A stretch of 32,000 nucleotides of DNA, from contig NZ_CP025989.1 of the NCBI RefSeq assembly GCF_003072485.1, positions 805,349-837,348 of the forward strand, written 5' to 3'. The stretch's first letter is position 1. Every line of letters starts with the position of its first letter. Below the pieces are notes generated by a model that saw nothing but the letters and a program-made list of their open reading frames with translations, was not told the DNA's origin and did not search any database. The position numbers and the translations under genes are program-made. The stretch is from Candidatus Fokinia solitaria. Its GTDB lineage: Bacteria > Pseudomonadota > Alphaproteobacteria > Rickettsiales > Midichloriaceae. Shown in pieces: positions 17,480-26,459 of the stretch.

Positions 17480-19207
17480 CTATACGTTTTCTACATGCAC
17501 GACTATTTTAGGTACTTTGCCAAGTTCTTTCTTACAAAACTTCGCTACGTGCTTCGCTATTGGCCTAATCACAGATGGTACGCCATTCTTAAATGCATCT
17601 TCAACGACATCTTTCACGATTGTTACTAAAGTAGATACGATCTTTACGTCTTCTTGCACAGCCATATCAAGTAGCCCTGGTGCGAGGATATACGGTCTTC
17701 TTGCAACTCTATTATTACTATTCAAGAACAGCAGTACTACAACAAGTCCGTTCTCCATCATTACTTTTCTATCCTTGATGACTATACTATCAGATGCGAT
17801 GAGATTTTTACCATCCACTGCTAGATATCCAGACTCTACATCTCCAAGTATATGGATAAGCTCTTCTTTGTTTTTTGCCTTTGGGTTGAAAGATACTACT
17901 TGTCCGCACTTTAGTAGTACACTAGCCATTTCAGAACTTACATCTTGCACAAACTCTTTATGTAAAGACATATGAGAGATCTCACCATGCACTGGAATTA
18001 CAAGACGCGGGAAATTAAGCGTTGTATACAGCCATCTCATTTCCTCTCTCGATGGATGCCCTGATACATGTACAAAATGACTCTTTTCAGTAAAGACTGT
18101 CACTCCTTTCTCTATGAGTTGATTAATCACGCCATCTATCTTCTTCTCATTGCCAGGAATTCTTTTTGATGAGAATATTACTAAATCATCCTTAAATACG
18201 TCTAAATACGGATGAAATTTTCCTGCTATCGCGGTGATAACGGCAAATCTCTCTCCTTGGCATCCAGTGCAAAGTACTATTAATTCTTCTCTCTTATACT
18301 TCGATGCATCTTCCACAAAAATGAATGGCTCGAACTCTTTCAAGTAACCGCATTTCAAGGCAACTTCATACATCCGAATCAAAGATCTCCCTGCTAAGAC
18401 CATTTTCTTACCTAAACTCTTGGCAATCAGCGCTACAGAATACATTCTGGAAATATTAGATGCAAATGTAGGAATGAAGATAGTACCAGTTTTCCAACTA
18501 CTTATAATCTCGCGTAAGCTTTGTTGCAGATCAATTTCTGAGAATAGCGGTTGCTCATTAAAAACATTTGTAGAGTCAGAAACGACAGCAAAAATACCAT
18601 TTTTAGCCATCTTACGAATAGTCTCTTCATCAGTTTTCTCTCCTATTAGAGGAGTTTCTTCAATTCTCCAATCTCCAGTGTGACAGACGATAGTCTCTTT
18701 TTCATCAACTTTACATGAGATAAACAAGATCATCGACATAGGTATCGAATGCGTCACGTTCGCAGGCGTAATCGAAAAATCGCCAAGTGTAATTTTTTCT
18801 CCAGAATTCAGCTTTCTTACAAGATCCATTTTCGATTCTGCAATCTCTTGCTCTTTAAACTTACTTTTCAGCACGAAGCACGTGAATTCACTCGCATACA
18901 GTGGAGGAAAGCCCATATACTCCCATAAGTATTGCAACGCTCCTATATGATCTTCATGCGCATGCGTCAGTACAATGCCAACGAGATCGTCTCTGATTTT
19001 ATCTATAAAATCAGGCTTTGGCAGCATTACATCTATTCCAGGAAATTCATCCCCTGCAAAGCCGAGTCCACAATCCACCATAAGCCACTTACCATTGTAG
19101 TGGTACAAGGTACAATTCACACCTATTTCACCAACTCCTCCGATCGGTATAATAATGAACTCCTTTTTAAAAGTTCCAGCAGAAAAATCCAAATACATAT
19201 CAGACAT
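17480..19207 (-). CDS. rnj: Ribonuclease J (metallo-beta-lactamase/beta-CASP)
   Basis: 575 aa; IIPIGGVGEIGVNCTLY, GLGFAGDEFPGIDVMLPKPDF, VLTHAHEDHIGAL, HTGDWRIEE, SDSTNVF, HVSGHPSREEMRWLYTTLNFPRLVIPVHGE. Confidence 0.95.
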   Translation of the reverse strand: MSDMYLDFSAGTFKKEFIIIPIGGVGEIGVNCTLYHYNGKWLMVDCGLGFAGDEFPGIDVMLPKPDFIDKIRDDLVGIVLTHAHEDHIGALQYLWEYMGFPPLYASEFTCFVLKSKFKEQEIAESKMDLVRKLNSGEKITLGDFSITPANVTHSIPMSMILFISCKVDEKETIVCHTGDWRIEETPLIGEKTDEETIRKMAKNGIFAVVSDSTNVFNEQPLFSEIDLQQSLREIISSWKTGTIFIPTFASNISRMYSVALIAKSLGKKMVLAGRSLIRMYEVALKCGYLKEFEPFIFVEDASKYKREELIVLCTGCQGERFAVITAIAGKFHPYLDVFKDDLVIFSSKRIPGNEKKIDGVINQLIEKGVTVFTEKSHFVHVSGHPSREEMRWLYTTLNFPRLVIPVHGEISHMSLHKEFVQDVSSEMASVLLKCGQVVSFNPKAKNKEELIHILGDVESGYLAVDGKNLIASDSIVIKDRKVMMENGLVVVLLFLNSNNRVARRPYILAPGLLDMAVQEDVKIVSTLVTIVKDVVEDAFKNGVPSVIRPIAKHVAKFCKKELGKVPKIVVHVENV

Positions 19208-19358
19208 TTACTCTTCTAAATCGCGCTTAAAGCAGTCAAACTGTCAAATTCATAAGTGCTTTAAGCTATAGTATCAAGCGATACAGTACATACAATATCT
19301 TCACATAGTCAAGTAGAATTGATAAAGTCCAAAAAATTTCTGCTTTATTTTTAACAAC

Positions 19359-20588
19359 GTGAATCATAATGAATTCGTTACCGTAAAAGCCAAAACTTGC
19401 GCGGTAAAAGTAGGTAATATCGTCATAGGAGGAGATGCCAAAATTGCGATACAATCAATGACTGACACTGTTACTAGTAATATTAAAGACACTGTAGCAC
19501 AGATAAAATTGCTTATAGACTCAGGAGCAGAGATAGTGAGAATTACCGTAGATAATGACAGCGCTGCTGCCGCTGTACCAGCAATAAAAGATTCTCTTAT
19601 GCAAGAAGAGATGTATGCGAAAATTCCATTAGTAGGCTGTTTTCACTATAACGGTCATATATTACTGCATAAATTTCATGAATGCGCTGCAGCACTAGAT
19701 AAATACAGGATCAATCCTGGAAATATTGGTATAAAAGGAAAAAGAGACAAAAATTTCGAAGAAATTCTAACAATTGCGCGAAAATTTAATAAACCTATTA
19801 GAATTGGCGTTAATGGTGGAAGCTTAGAACAAGAGCTATTATCTGAACTCATTGAACAAAATACCAATAACAATCTGTCAATTGAACAAATAAAAAGAGA
19901 AGCTATCGTAAAGTCTGCACTATTCAGTGCGCAAAAAGCCATAGCGTATGGCATGCAGGAAAATCAGATTATTTTATCCGCAAAAGTCAGTAATTTGCCT
20001 GATGTCGTATGGGTATATAGACAGTTATCAAAATATTCAAAGCATCCATTGCATATAGGACTAACTGAAGCGGGAAGTGGTCTAAACGGTGCAGTAAAAA
20101 CTGCAGCTGCACTAGGTATACTATTACATCACGGTATAGGAGATACAATACGCGTTTCCACTACATCTCACGATCGAACTGAAGAAGTAAAAATCGCAAA
20201 AATGATATTACAAGCACTTGATATAAGAAGTTTCGCACCTTCTGTCACCTCATGTCCAGGATGTGGGCGTACAAGTAGCAGTGCTTTTCAGATACTAAAT
20301 TTTCAAGTGAATGAGTATATCGTTGACAGAATGGAAGAATGGAAAAGGCTCTATGGAGATGAAAAAATTAGCAAGCTAAAGATCGCAGTGATGGGCTGTA
20401 TTGTAAATGGACCAGGTGAAAGTAAATTAGCAGATATAGGTATTAGCATGCCTGGAAATAACGAAGAAGATCTTGCAGTAGTTTTTGTGAAAGGTATGAA
20501 AAAGGCTGTTTTGAGAAAAACGGAAGATTACTCAATATATCAACAATTTATCACTATTCTTGAAGATTTTGTCGCTTCTCTGCAATAG
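19359..20588 (+). CDS. ispG: 4-hydroxy-3-methylbut-2-en-1-yl diphosphate synthase
   Basis: 409 aa; VKVGNIVIGGDAKIAIQSMTDTVTSNIKDTVAQI, NPGNIG, IRIGVNGGSLEQ, GLTEAG, SCPGCGRTS, MGCIVNGPGE. Confidence 0.96.
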   Translation: MNHNEFVTVKAKTCAVKVGNIVIGGDAKIAIQSMTDTVTSNIKDTVAQIKLLIDSGAEIVRITVDNDSAAAAVPAIKDSLMQEEMYAKIPLVGCFHYNGHILLHKFHECAAALDKYRINPGNIGIKGKRDKNFEEILTIARKFNKPIRIGVNGGSLEQELLSELIEQNTNNNLSIEQIKREAIVKSALFSAQKAIAYGMQENQIILSAKVSNLPDVVWVYRQLSKYSKHPLHIGLTEAGSGLNGAVKTAAALGILLHHGIGDTIRVSTTSHDRTEEVKIAKMILQALDIRSFAPSVTSCPGCGRTSSSAFQILNFQVNEYIVDRMEEWKRLYGDEKISKLKIAVMGCIVNGPGESKLADIGISMPGNNEEDLAVVFVKGMKKAVLRKTEDYSIYQQFITILEDFVASLQ

Positions 20589-20717
20589 AGAGTATCAAGC
20601 GAGTTTTATACTCAATATCAATACTCTTATTTGATATAAATTCTGTCTTGTAATACCACACGCCGTGAAGTATATACTAATATCGAATTAAGTGTTGTTA
20701 TCGTAATTATAACATAT

Positions 20718-21266
20718 ATGAAAAGCTACGTACCTAGGTTGTTGGATAGATATAATACGACAATCAAGTCTAACATGATGAAGAAGTATCAGTACGCTAA
20801 CGTCATGAGTATACCAAAAATAACAAAGATTGTTCTTTCTATGACTTCCAAGAAGCTTAGAGATGATCAGAAATTTATAGAAAAGGTAAAAGAAGATTTA
20901 TGGCTTATTGCAGGGCAAAGGCCATGTCAGACAAAAGCCAAGAATTCTATAGCAGGTTTTAACTTAAGAGAGGGAATGCTGTTAGGCTGCTTCGTCACCC
21001 TTAGAAGAAGTATGATGTATGACTTTTTGGACAGATTTGTTAATATCGCACTTCCTCGCGTAAGAGATTTCAAAGGAATCCTTCCAAAGCAATTCGATGG
21101 ACGTGGTAATATTTCAATGGGGGTTAAAGAGCAAATTATCTTTCCTGAGATAGATTACGATAAAGTTGAAGAAATAAGAGGTGCAAATGTTACTGTAGTT
21201 ACTACATGTAGATCTGATGAAGAAGCAAAGGATCTCTTATTGGAATTTGGCTTTCCTATAAAATAA
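20718..21266 (+). CDS. rplE: 50S ribosomal protein L5, standalone locus
   Basis: 182 aa; KITKIVLSM, AGQRPCQTKAKNSIAGFNLREGMLLGCFVTLR, MYDFLDRFVNIALPRVRDFKG, FDGRGNISMGVKEQIIFPEIDYDKVEEIRGANVTVVTT. Confidence 0.95.
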   Translation: MKSYVPRLLDRYNTTIKSNMMKKYQYANVMSIPKITKIVLSMTSKKLRDDQKFIEKVKEDLWLIAGQRPCQTKAKNSIAGFNLREGMLLGCFVTLRRSMMYDFLDRFVNIALPRVRDFKGILPKQFDGRGNISMGVKEQIIFPEIDYDKVEEIRGANVTVVTTCRSDEEAKDLLLEFGFPIK

Positions 21267-21385
21267 AGTACTTTTTCACCTTTCTTTAATTTTACTCTTG
21301 ACTGTTTTGTCTGTTTAAGTATAATTCGCTTACATTTTGGATGATTTCTTCCTAGAGTTACGCATAATTCAAGATAGCCCTTCTC

Positions 21386-22522
21386 GTGTCTTTCGTATTA
21401 GCACATAACGACATCATTGCATTCGACAGTTTTATGAGTCTCTCAAACGAGTGCTACTACAGGAATGCTGTAATTGGCAGCGCAGGGGACTTCATCACAG
21501 CACCAGAAGTGAGTGATATATTCAATTTGATACTCGGCAAGGTAGCTTTGTCTCATACAATAAACAAGAAAAAAAAACTCGTTCTCCTAGAATTAGGTGG
21601 AGGCACTGGGAGGATGATGCGTGACATACTGCGCTTGCTACAAGCTTATACGAATAATGATATCACTACTATAGTCTCCGCCGTACTCATGCTGGAGCAT
21701 AGTGAAAACATGGCAGAGATACAAAAAAAGAATGTGAGTGACGTTATTCCTTCTTGTCCTATAGAATGGTTCTTTGATCTCGATGCTATCGTGGAAAGAG
21801 CACAGTTCATAGCTAAGGAAACAAACTCCACGGTAGTCATAGTCTCCAATGAATTCTTTGATGCGTTACCAGTTAAACAATTTCATGTCGGCACTGAAAT
21901 TTCTGAATTGTATGCACATCGCAAAGAAAACGAGTTAAAATTAACATATCAAGCGCCATCTGAATGCAGCATTCACATCATTGATGAATATATACGAGGA
22001 AGCGCTAAGATTCTTCAGCAAATTATTGCAGAAGATGGACATACTATTGTCGAGCTTTCTCCGATTAGAGAGAGATACATGGATAGGCTGCTGGACGCAG
22101 TAATATCTTCTGATGGTATGTTCGTTGCTGTAGATTATGGACACTTAGGATATAAGCACACGAATTCCATTAAATTTGTAAAAAATCATACACTACTTGA
22201 TGCTATTACACAGCTTGGAGAAGCTGATATATCAGCTACTGTTGATTTTTATTCTTTAACCAAGATAGCGACACGACGCGACTGCATAGCAGCTTACTGT
22301 ACACAGGCGGATTTTTTAAAAGCAAACGGCATTTATGACGTTGCAAAAGACTCCTTTCATAAATTTCTAAATTCCGATATGCATGCAAAGCATTTCGAGA
22401 AAACGTGGTTAGATACCGTTACACTGACATCTAAATTAGAAATGGGTGAGACATTTAAAGTACTCAGCGTTACCAATTCTACGATACAAAAAACAAATTT
22501 TAAGCGATATTCGTCAGAGTAA
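21386..22522 (+). CDS. SAM-dependent methyltransferase, MidA/NDUFAF7 family (DUF185-like)
   Basis: NAVIGSAGDFITAPEVSDIFN...VLLELGGGTGRMMRDILR...VVIVSNEFFDALPVKQF...LVELSPIRERYM...FVAVDYGHLG. Start is probably 21386 but not verified. Confidence 0.85.
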   Translation: MSFVLAHNDIIAFDSFMSLSNECYYRNAVIGSAGDFITAPEVSDIFNLILGKVALSHTINKKKKLVLLELGGGTGRMMRDILRLLQAYTNNDITTIVSAVLMLEHSENMAEIQKKNVSDVIPSCPIEWFFDLDAIVERAQFIAKETNSTVVIVSNEFFDALPVKQFHVGTEISELYAHRKENELKLTYQAPSECSIHIIDEYIRGSAKILQQIIAEDGHTIVELSPIRERYMDRLLDAVISSDGMFVAVDYGHLGYKHTNSIKFVKNHTLLDAITQLGEADISATVDFYSLTKIATRRDCIAAYCTQADFLKANGIYDVAKDSFHKFLNSDMHAKHFEKTWLDTVTLTSKLEMGETFKVLSVTNSTIQKTNFKRYSSE

Positions 22523-22544
22523 TTTTTTATATTTTTATACAATA

Positions 22545-22784
22545 ATGAAAGTACTGAAACAAATAATCCAAAAATTGGAAAGATTGGAGGAGGAGAAACG
22601 CGAACTAACAGAATTAATAAAAGAAACGTACGCGCAGTCCAGATCAATCGGATTAGAACCTAAAATTGTAAAAAAAGTGGTGGCATTGAGAAAAAAAGGA
22701 TTAGATGTTGCATCTCAAGAAAATGAAATGATAGAAAGATATATACAAGCTCTGGAAAGTGACGATACTGAGCCTGTTCTTTGA
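22545..22784 (+). CDS. GapR/DUF2312-family DNA-binding protein
   Basis: From ATG 22545: MKVLKQIIQKLERLEEEKRELTELIKETYAQSRSIGLEPKIVKKVVALRKKGLDVASQENEMIERYIQALE; matches the alphaproteobacterial DUF2312 pattern (E-KxE...IK.vyaEAK..GfD.KilrkiirlRk.d...r.E.e..le.Y..AL). Confidence 0.85.
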   Translation: MKVLKQIIQKLERLEEEKRELTELIKETYAQSRSIGLEPKIVKKVVALRKKGLDVASQENEMIERYIQALESDDTEPVL

Positions 22785-22895
22785 TAAGGATAACGTTTGT
22801 TGTGGTGCTTTATTTATGCATGCTATATATTACTTGTTATCATATTCATCCAGTGACTGACACATCGTATGTTTAGTAACTCGCGCAGCATCAAT

Positions 22896-23141
22896 ATGAA
22901 ACGTACTCTCGCATCTTTTGTGCAGAGATACAAGGATAAGTGCTCTTTCATAGTCTGCGAATTCAAAGGCGATGAGCACATTAGAAATACGTTACAGAAC
23001 TTCGGTATCATGCCGTGCAAGGAGATTGCCGCAATACGTAAGTACAGCGATAGTATTGTCCTCTCTATAGCAGAGCTTAATATTACTGTCGCAATTGGAT
23101 TACCTATCGCAGAAATGCTTGTAGTTAGGCTGAAAGTCTAA
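22896..23141 (+). CDS. feoA: FeoA-domain protein
   Basis: 81 aa beginning MKRTLASFVQRYKDKCSFIVCEFKGDEHIRNTLQNFGIMPCKEIAAI...DSIVLSIAELNITVAIGLPIAEMLVVRL; FeoA-like architecture, directly upstream of feoB. Confidence 0.8.
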   Translation: MKRTLASFVQRYKDKCSFIVCEFKGDEHIRNTLQNFGIMPCKEIAAIRKYSDSIVLSIAELNITVAIGLPIAEMLVVRLKV

Positions 23142-23149
23142 GTATTTCC

Positions 23150-25285
23150 ATGGAGTGTTACTGCAACGTTGCTCTTTTAGGGCATCCTAACTCAGGAAAG
23201 ACTACTTTAATGAATAAATTAAGTGGTACTAAATGCAGAACTGGTAATTGGTTTGGTGTGACTCTCATCAAAAATGAGAAAAAATGCGAAGAAATAAAAT
23301 TCATAGATTTACCAGGTACAGATTATTTTCCAAAAGGAGATTCTCATGAAGCAGAACACGTAGAGTATAAAGTTGTTTATGATTTATTGGAGTCAGATGA
23401 TGTAGATCTCTACATCAGCGTAGTGGATGCTACTAACATCAAGCACGATCTCGTATTCACTATGGAACTCATGATGAGAAAGGCTAACGTGGTTGTAGTT
23501 GTGACAAAGATCGATATAGCGAAGCGATACGGCATTACGATAAAACATGATGTTCTCGCCGCATTATTAGGCTGCGACGTTCTTGCAGTAAGCGCTACAT
23601 CTCGCACTACTATTACAGAATTAAAAAAATATCTATGCAGACGTGCTACTACTATTTGCGCAGCGAAGAAGAATAAAATGATACAATATTCAGATAGCAC
23701 TTGGAACGTATTACTTCCGTCAATAATAAAACATCAATTTCAAGATGATGAGTACAAAGCGCAAACAGTGATAAAGGAGTTGCAGCATGCTAAGACTATT
23801 GCTGAAAAAGAGATATCACACCATATAAGCGCATTCTCACTTTTTGAATTACTTCAAAATGCTACAATCAACCATTCTACGGCGGGTAGCATCGTACACT
23901 ATGTCAAACAGTTTTCTGAAAATATATTTTCCTACTACACATCGTTTATTAACGAGATATACGATAAAGCGGTTACTGTTAAGAAAGTCAGCACATTATC
24001 GAATTTCATCGATACACTATTATTTAAACCAATATTCGCGCTGCCAATTTTTACATTTTTAATAAGCAGCATACTCTTTCTATCATCATTATCTAACTCT
24101 TTTCTATCGCCAATATTACTTGATATTGTAAACGCTACTTTTACATATCCACTCACGCTAGCAGTTTGTAGCTTCCTGCCTGATGCGTTGATAATACCAG
24201 TGTATCGCAGTTTTTCTCTAGGACTAAACATCATTGTCTCTTTTATACCGCCTGTATGTACATTATACGCGTGCTTATTCACTTTAGAAGAAACAGGATA
24301 TATGAGTAGACTTTCACTCTTGATGAACAGTACTTTATCAAAAATAGGTATACCAGGGCATGCTATCATTCCGCTTATCCTCAGCTTCGGATGTAATGTA
24401 CCATCGATACACACCACACTCAGCATCAGTAATAAAAAAAGTAGAATTATCGCAATTATGATGATGCCGTTTATGAGTTGTAACGGCAGATTTATAGTCT
24501 TCACTACTATAGGGTTATACTTTTTTCACTCATACACATTTCTTGCGATATTCGGATTATATGCGCTCGGCGTCAGCGTAGGAGTTTTTACCGCAGCAAT
24601 ACTATGTAAATTACTAAAACCACGCACAGATACAATAATATTACGTCTGCCGCATCATACATTTCCCTCTCTTACTATAGTGGCGCAAAAAACATACGAT
24701 TTTTCCAGATCGTTCATATTCAGTATCACTAAGAGTGTATTTATATCTCTTGCAATATTTTACGCTTTTTCATCTTTTTCATTTAAGAACTATAAAATTA
24801 CTCAAAGTGATCGTTTGTCTCACTCAATTCTTGTAGAAATTGGCAAAAAAGCATCATGTATTACCAAATATATAGGAGTACATCCAGATGATTGGCAAAT
24901 AAACGTAGCGCTCATTGCTGGCATTATTGCAAAAGAAGTCATCATCACTACCGCTCGTACATTGTACACTTTAGAAAGCGATATCACTAACCAAGAGCTG
25001 TTACTACAAAACAAGCAAGAATGGATATCGAATCAGTATAATCAGATTTTTGACAAATATTTTGGAAAGAATATAGAGACTTCAAATTATGAGGAAACAC
25101 TAAAAATAAAATTCAGCAACAGCAAAAGTGCATTCGCATTTATGATATTCGTATTACTATACTTTCCATGTATTTCTGTTTTCGCCATTATAAAGTCTCA
25201 AATAGGTATGAGATGGGCGATACTATCATTCGCATGGTCAACTTTCATAGGATATACGCTAGCGTGGCTTTGTAACTTCATGTAG
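23150..25285 (+). CDS. feoB: Ferrous iron transport protein B
   Basis: 711 aa; GTPase motifs GHPNSGKTT, DLPGTDYF, TKID; Gate-like regions FTLEETGYMSRLSLLMNSTLSKIGIPGHAIIPLILSFGCNVPSIHTT and NKKSRIIAIMMMPFMSCNGR; C-terminal IAGIIAKEVIITT. Confidence 0.93.
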   Translation: MECYCNVALLGHPNSGKTTLMNKLSGTKCRTGNWFGVTLIKNEKKCEEIKFIDLPGTDYFPKGDSHEAEHVEYKVVYDLLESDDVDLYISVVDATNIKHDLVFTMELMMRKANVVVVVTKIDIAKRYGITIKHDVLAALLGCDVLAVSATSRTTITELKKYLCRRATTICAAKKNKMIQYSDSTWNVLLPSIIKHQFQDDEYKAQTVIKELQHAKTIAEKEISHHISAFSLFELLQNATINHSTAGSIVHYVKQFSENIFSYYTSFINEIYDKAVTVKKVSTLSNFIDTLLFKPIFALPIFTFLISSILFLSSLSNSFLSPILLDIVNATFTYPLTLAVCSFLPDALIIPVYRSFSLGLNIIVSFIPPVCTLYACLFTLEETGYMSRLSLLMNSTLSKIGIPGHAIIPLILSFGCNVPSIHTTLSISNKKSRIIAIMMMPFMSCNGRFIVFTTIGLYFFHSYTFLAIFGLYALGVSVGVFTAAILCKLLKPRTDTIILRLPHHTFPSLTIVAQKTYDFSRSFIFSITKSVFISLAIFYAFSSFSFKNYKITQSDRLSHSILVEIGKKASCITKYIGVHPDDWQINVALIAGIIAKEVIITTARTLYTLESDITNQELLLQNKQEWISNQYNQIFDKYFGKNIETSNYEETLKIKFSNSKSAFAFMIFVLLYFPCISVFAIIKSQIGMRWAILSFAWSTFIGYTLAWLCNFM

Positions 25286-26380
25286 CTATTTTAGCTTCAT
25301 CCCTGCTTCTGTGAGAAATACAAATGTATCGTCCTTCTTCACTTCCATGATGGCGGTAAATGTGTTAAATCCCTTTTCTCGTTTAAGTTCTGCTTCTGCA
25401 AAATTTTCCTCTTCAGCATCTAGAGTTACATTACAAAATGAGAGCGGATATATAATCTCTTTGATATCTTGCATTCTTGCATTCTTGATTTCTTCTATCC
25501 TTAAAATAACAACATATTCATCACGTAGAAATGGTCTCGTCATACCTACTACAGGATTAGCTGCTATATTCTGCGCATATTCTTTAAACAGCGCCTTTGC
25601 TTCAATATTTTTAATTTCGTTTGCTATCACACGAGGAAACTGCGCATCAGTTTCAGCTTGAGGTGTGACATTTTCTATGTATTTCACCACTTCGTCAATA
25701 GAATGTGACTTCTTATACTGCTGCGCTATCTCCATAAGTAACGCATTCGTCAATAGATCTTTTCGTACCATTAATTGCCAAAAACTCACTACGCTATCTT
25801 CGCGTAAGTGAAAGATTTTTGATACTTCAACTCCAAACATTTCATTCACGGTAAGAATAGAGCCAATTTCTCCAGTACGCATCACTGCATAGTTGGATAA
25901 TCCGAATCCTGCATAGCATCCTTTTTCTCTCTTTGAAAGTTGCTGAAAAGATTCAGACATTTTGAATAGTTTCTCTCCACTCACCTGCAAATTGATGACT
26001 TTTTTGAAATCCGAAAATGGCACTCCTCTTTCACTCAATAACTTCGATATATTGATATTCCTGTGTTGCTGATATTCCTCTTCTATTTTCTTTATCATTG
26101 CATTCAACTCCTGCTCCGAAAGCTGCAGCTCTAACCTTTGAAGCGCTACACTTGCGAGATGTGCATTTATCATCACGCCTAGTAACTTCGCATCTTTCTT
26201 GACTTCTTTCTGTGATAAAATTTCGCTAGTTTTAGCAAAATAGTCTAAATCCACATTGGAGATAACATTTTCTCCAACTACGGCATATATCTCGTAATGC
26301 TGTGCAACATGGGACGCTTCTGCTTGCCTCACAAAACAGAATAGCAAAAAAGAGAGAATAATATTGCGAAATTGCTTCAT
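25286..26380 (-). CDS. SurA-N-domain-like periplasmic chaperone, possibly lacking a canonical parvulin domain
   Basis: Signal peptide MKQFRNIILSFLLFCFVRQAEA, then YEIYAVVGENVISNVDLDYFAKTSEI...INAHLASVALQRLELQLSEQELNAMIKKIEEE, typical of SurA N-terminal domains. Confidence 0.7.
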   Translation of the reverse strand: MKQFRNIILSFLLFCFVRQAEASHVAQHYEIYAVVGENVISNVDLDYFAKTSEILSQKEVKKDAKLLGVMINAHLASVALQRLELQLSEQELNAMIKKIEEEYQQHRNINISKLLSERGVPFSDFKKVINLQVSGEKLFKMSESFQQLSKREKGCYAGFGLSNYAVMRTGEIGSILTVNEMFGVEVSKIFHLREDSVVSFWQLMVRKDLLTNALLMEIAQQYKKSHSIDEVVKYIENVTPQAETDAQFPRVIANEIKNIEAKALFKEYAQNIAANPVVGMTRPFLRDEYVVILRIEEIKNARMQDIKEIIYPLSFCNVTLDAEEENFAEAELKREKGFNTFTAIMEVKKDDTFVFLTEAGMKLK

Positions 26381-26459
26381 CTACTGCTAAACACTTTCCA
26401 TCAATACACAATATTCAATCAATGCGATATCTTCAAGAATTAATCGCATATGTTCCGTC

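Noticed and set aside
17399-17975. Plus-strand ORFs 17399-17629 and 17517-17975
   Set aside because: Lie largely antisense to RNase J; aromatic/Ser-rich composition without motifs.
23935-24504. Minus-strand 189 aa ORF
   Set aside because: Antisense to the FeoB membrane region; hydrophobicity mirrors the complementary coding sequence.
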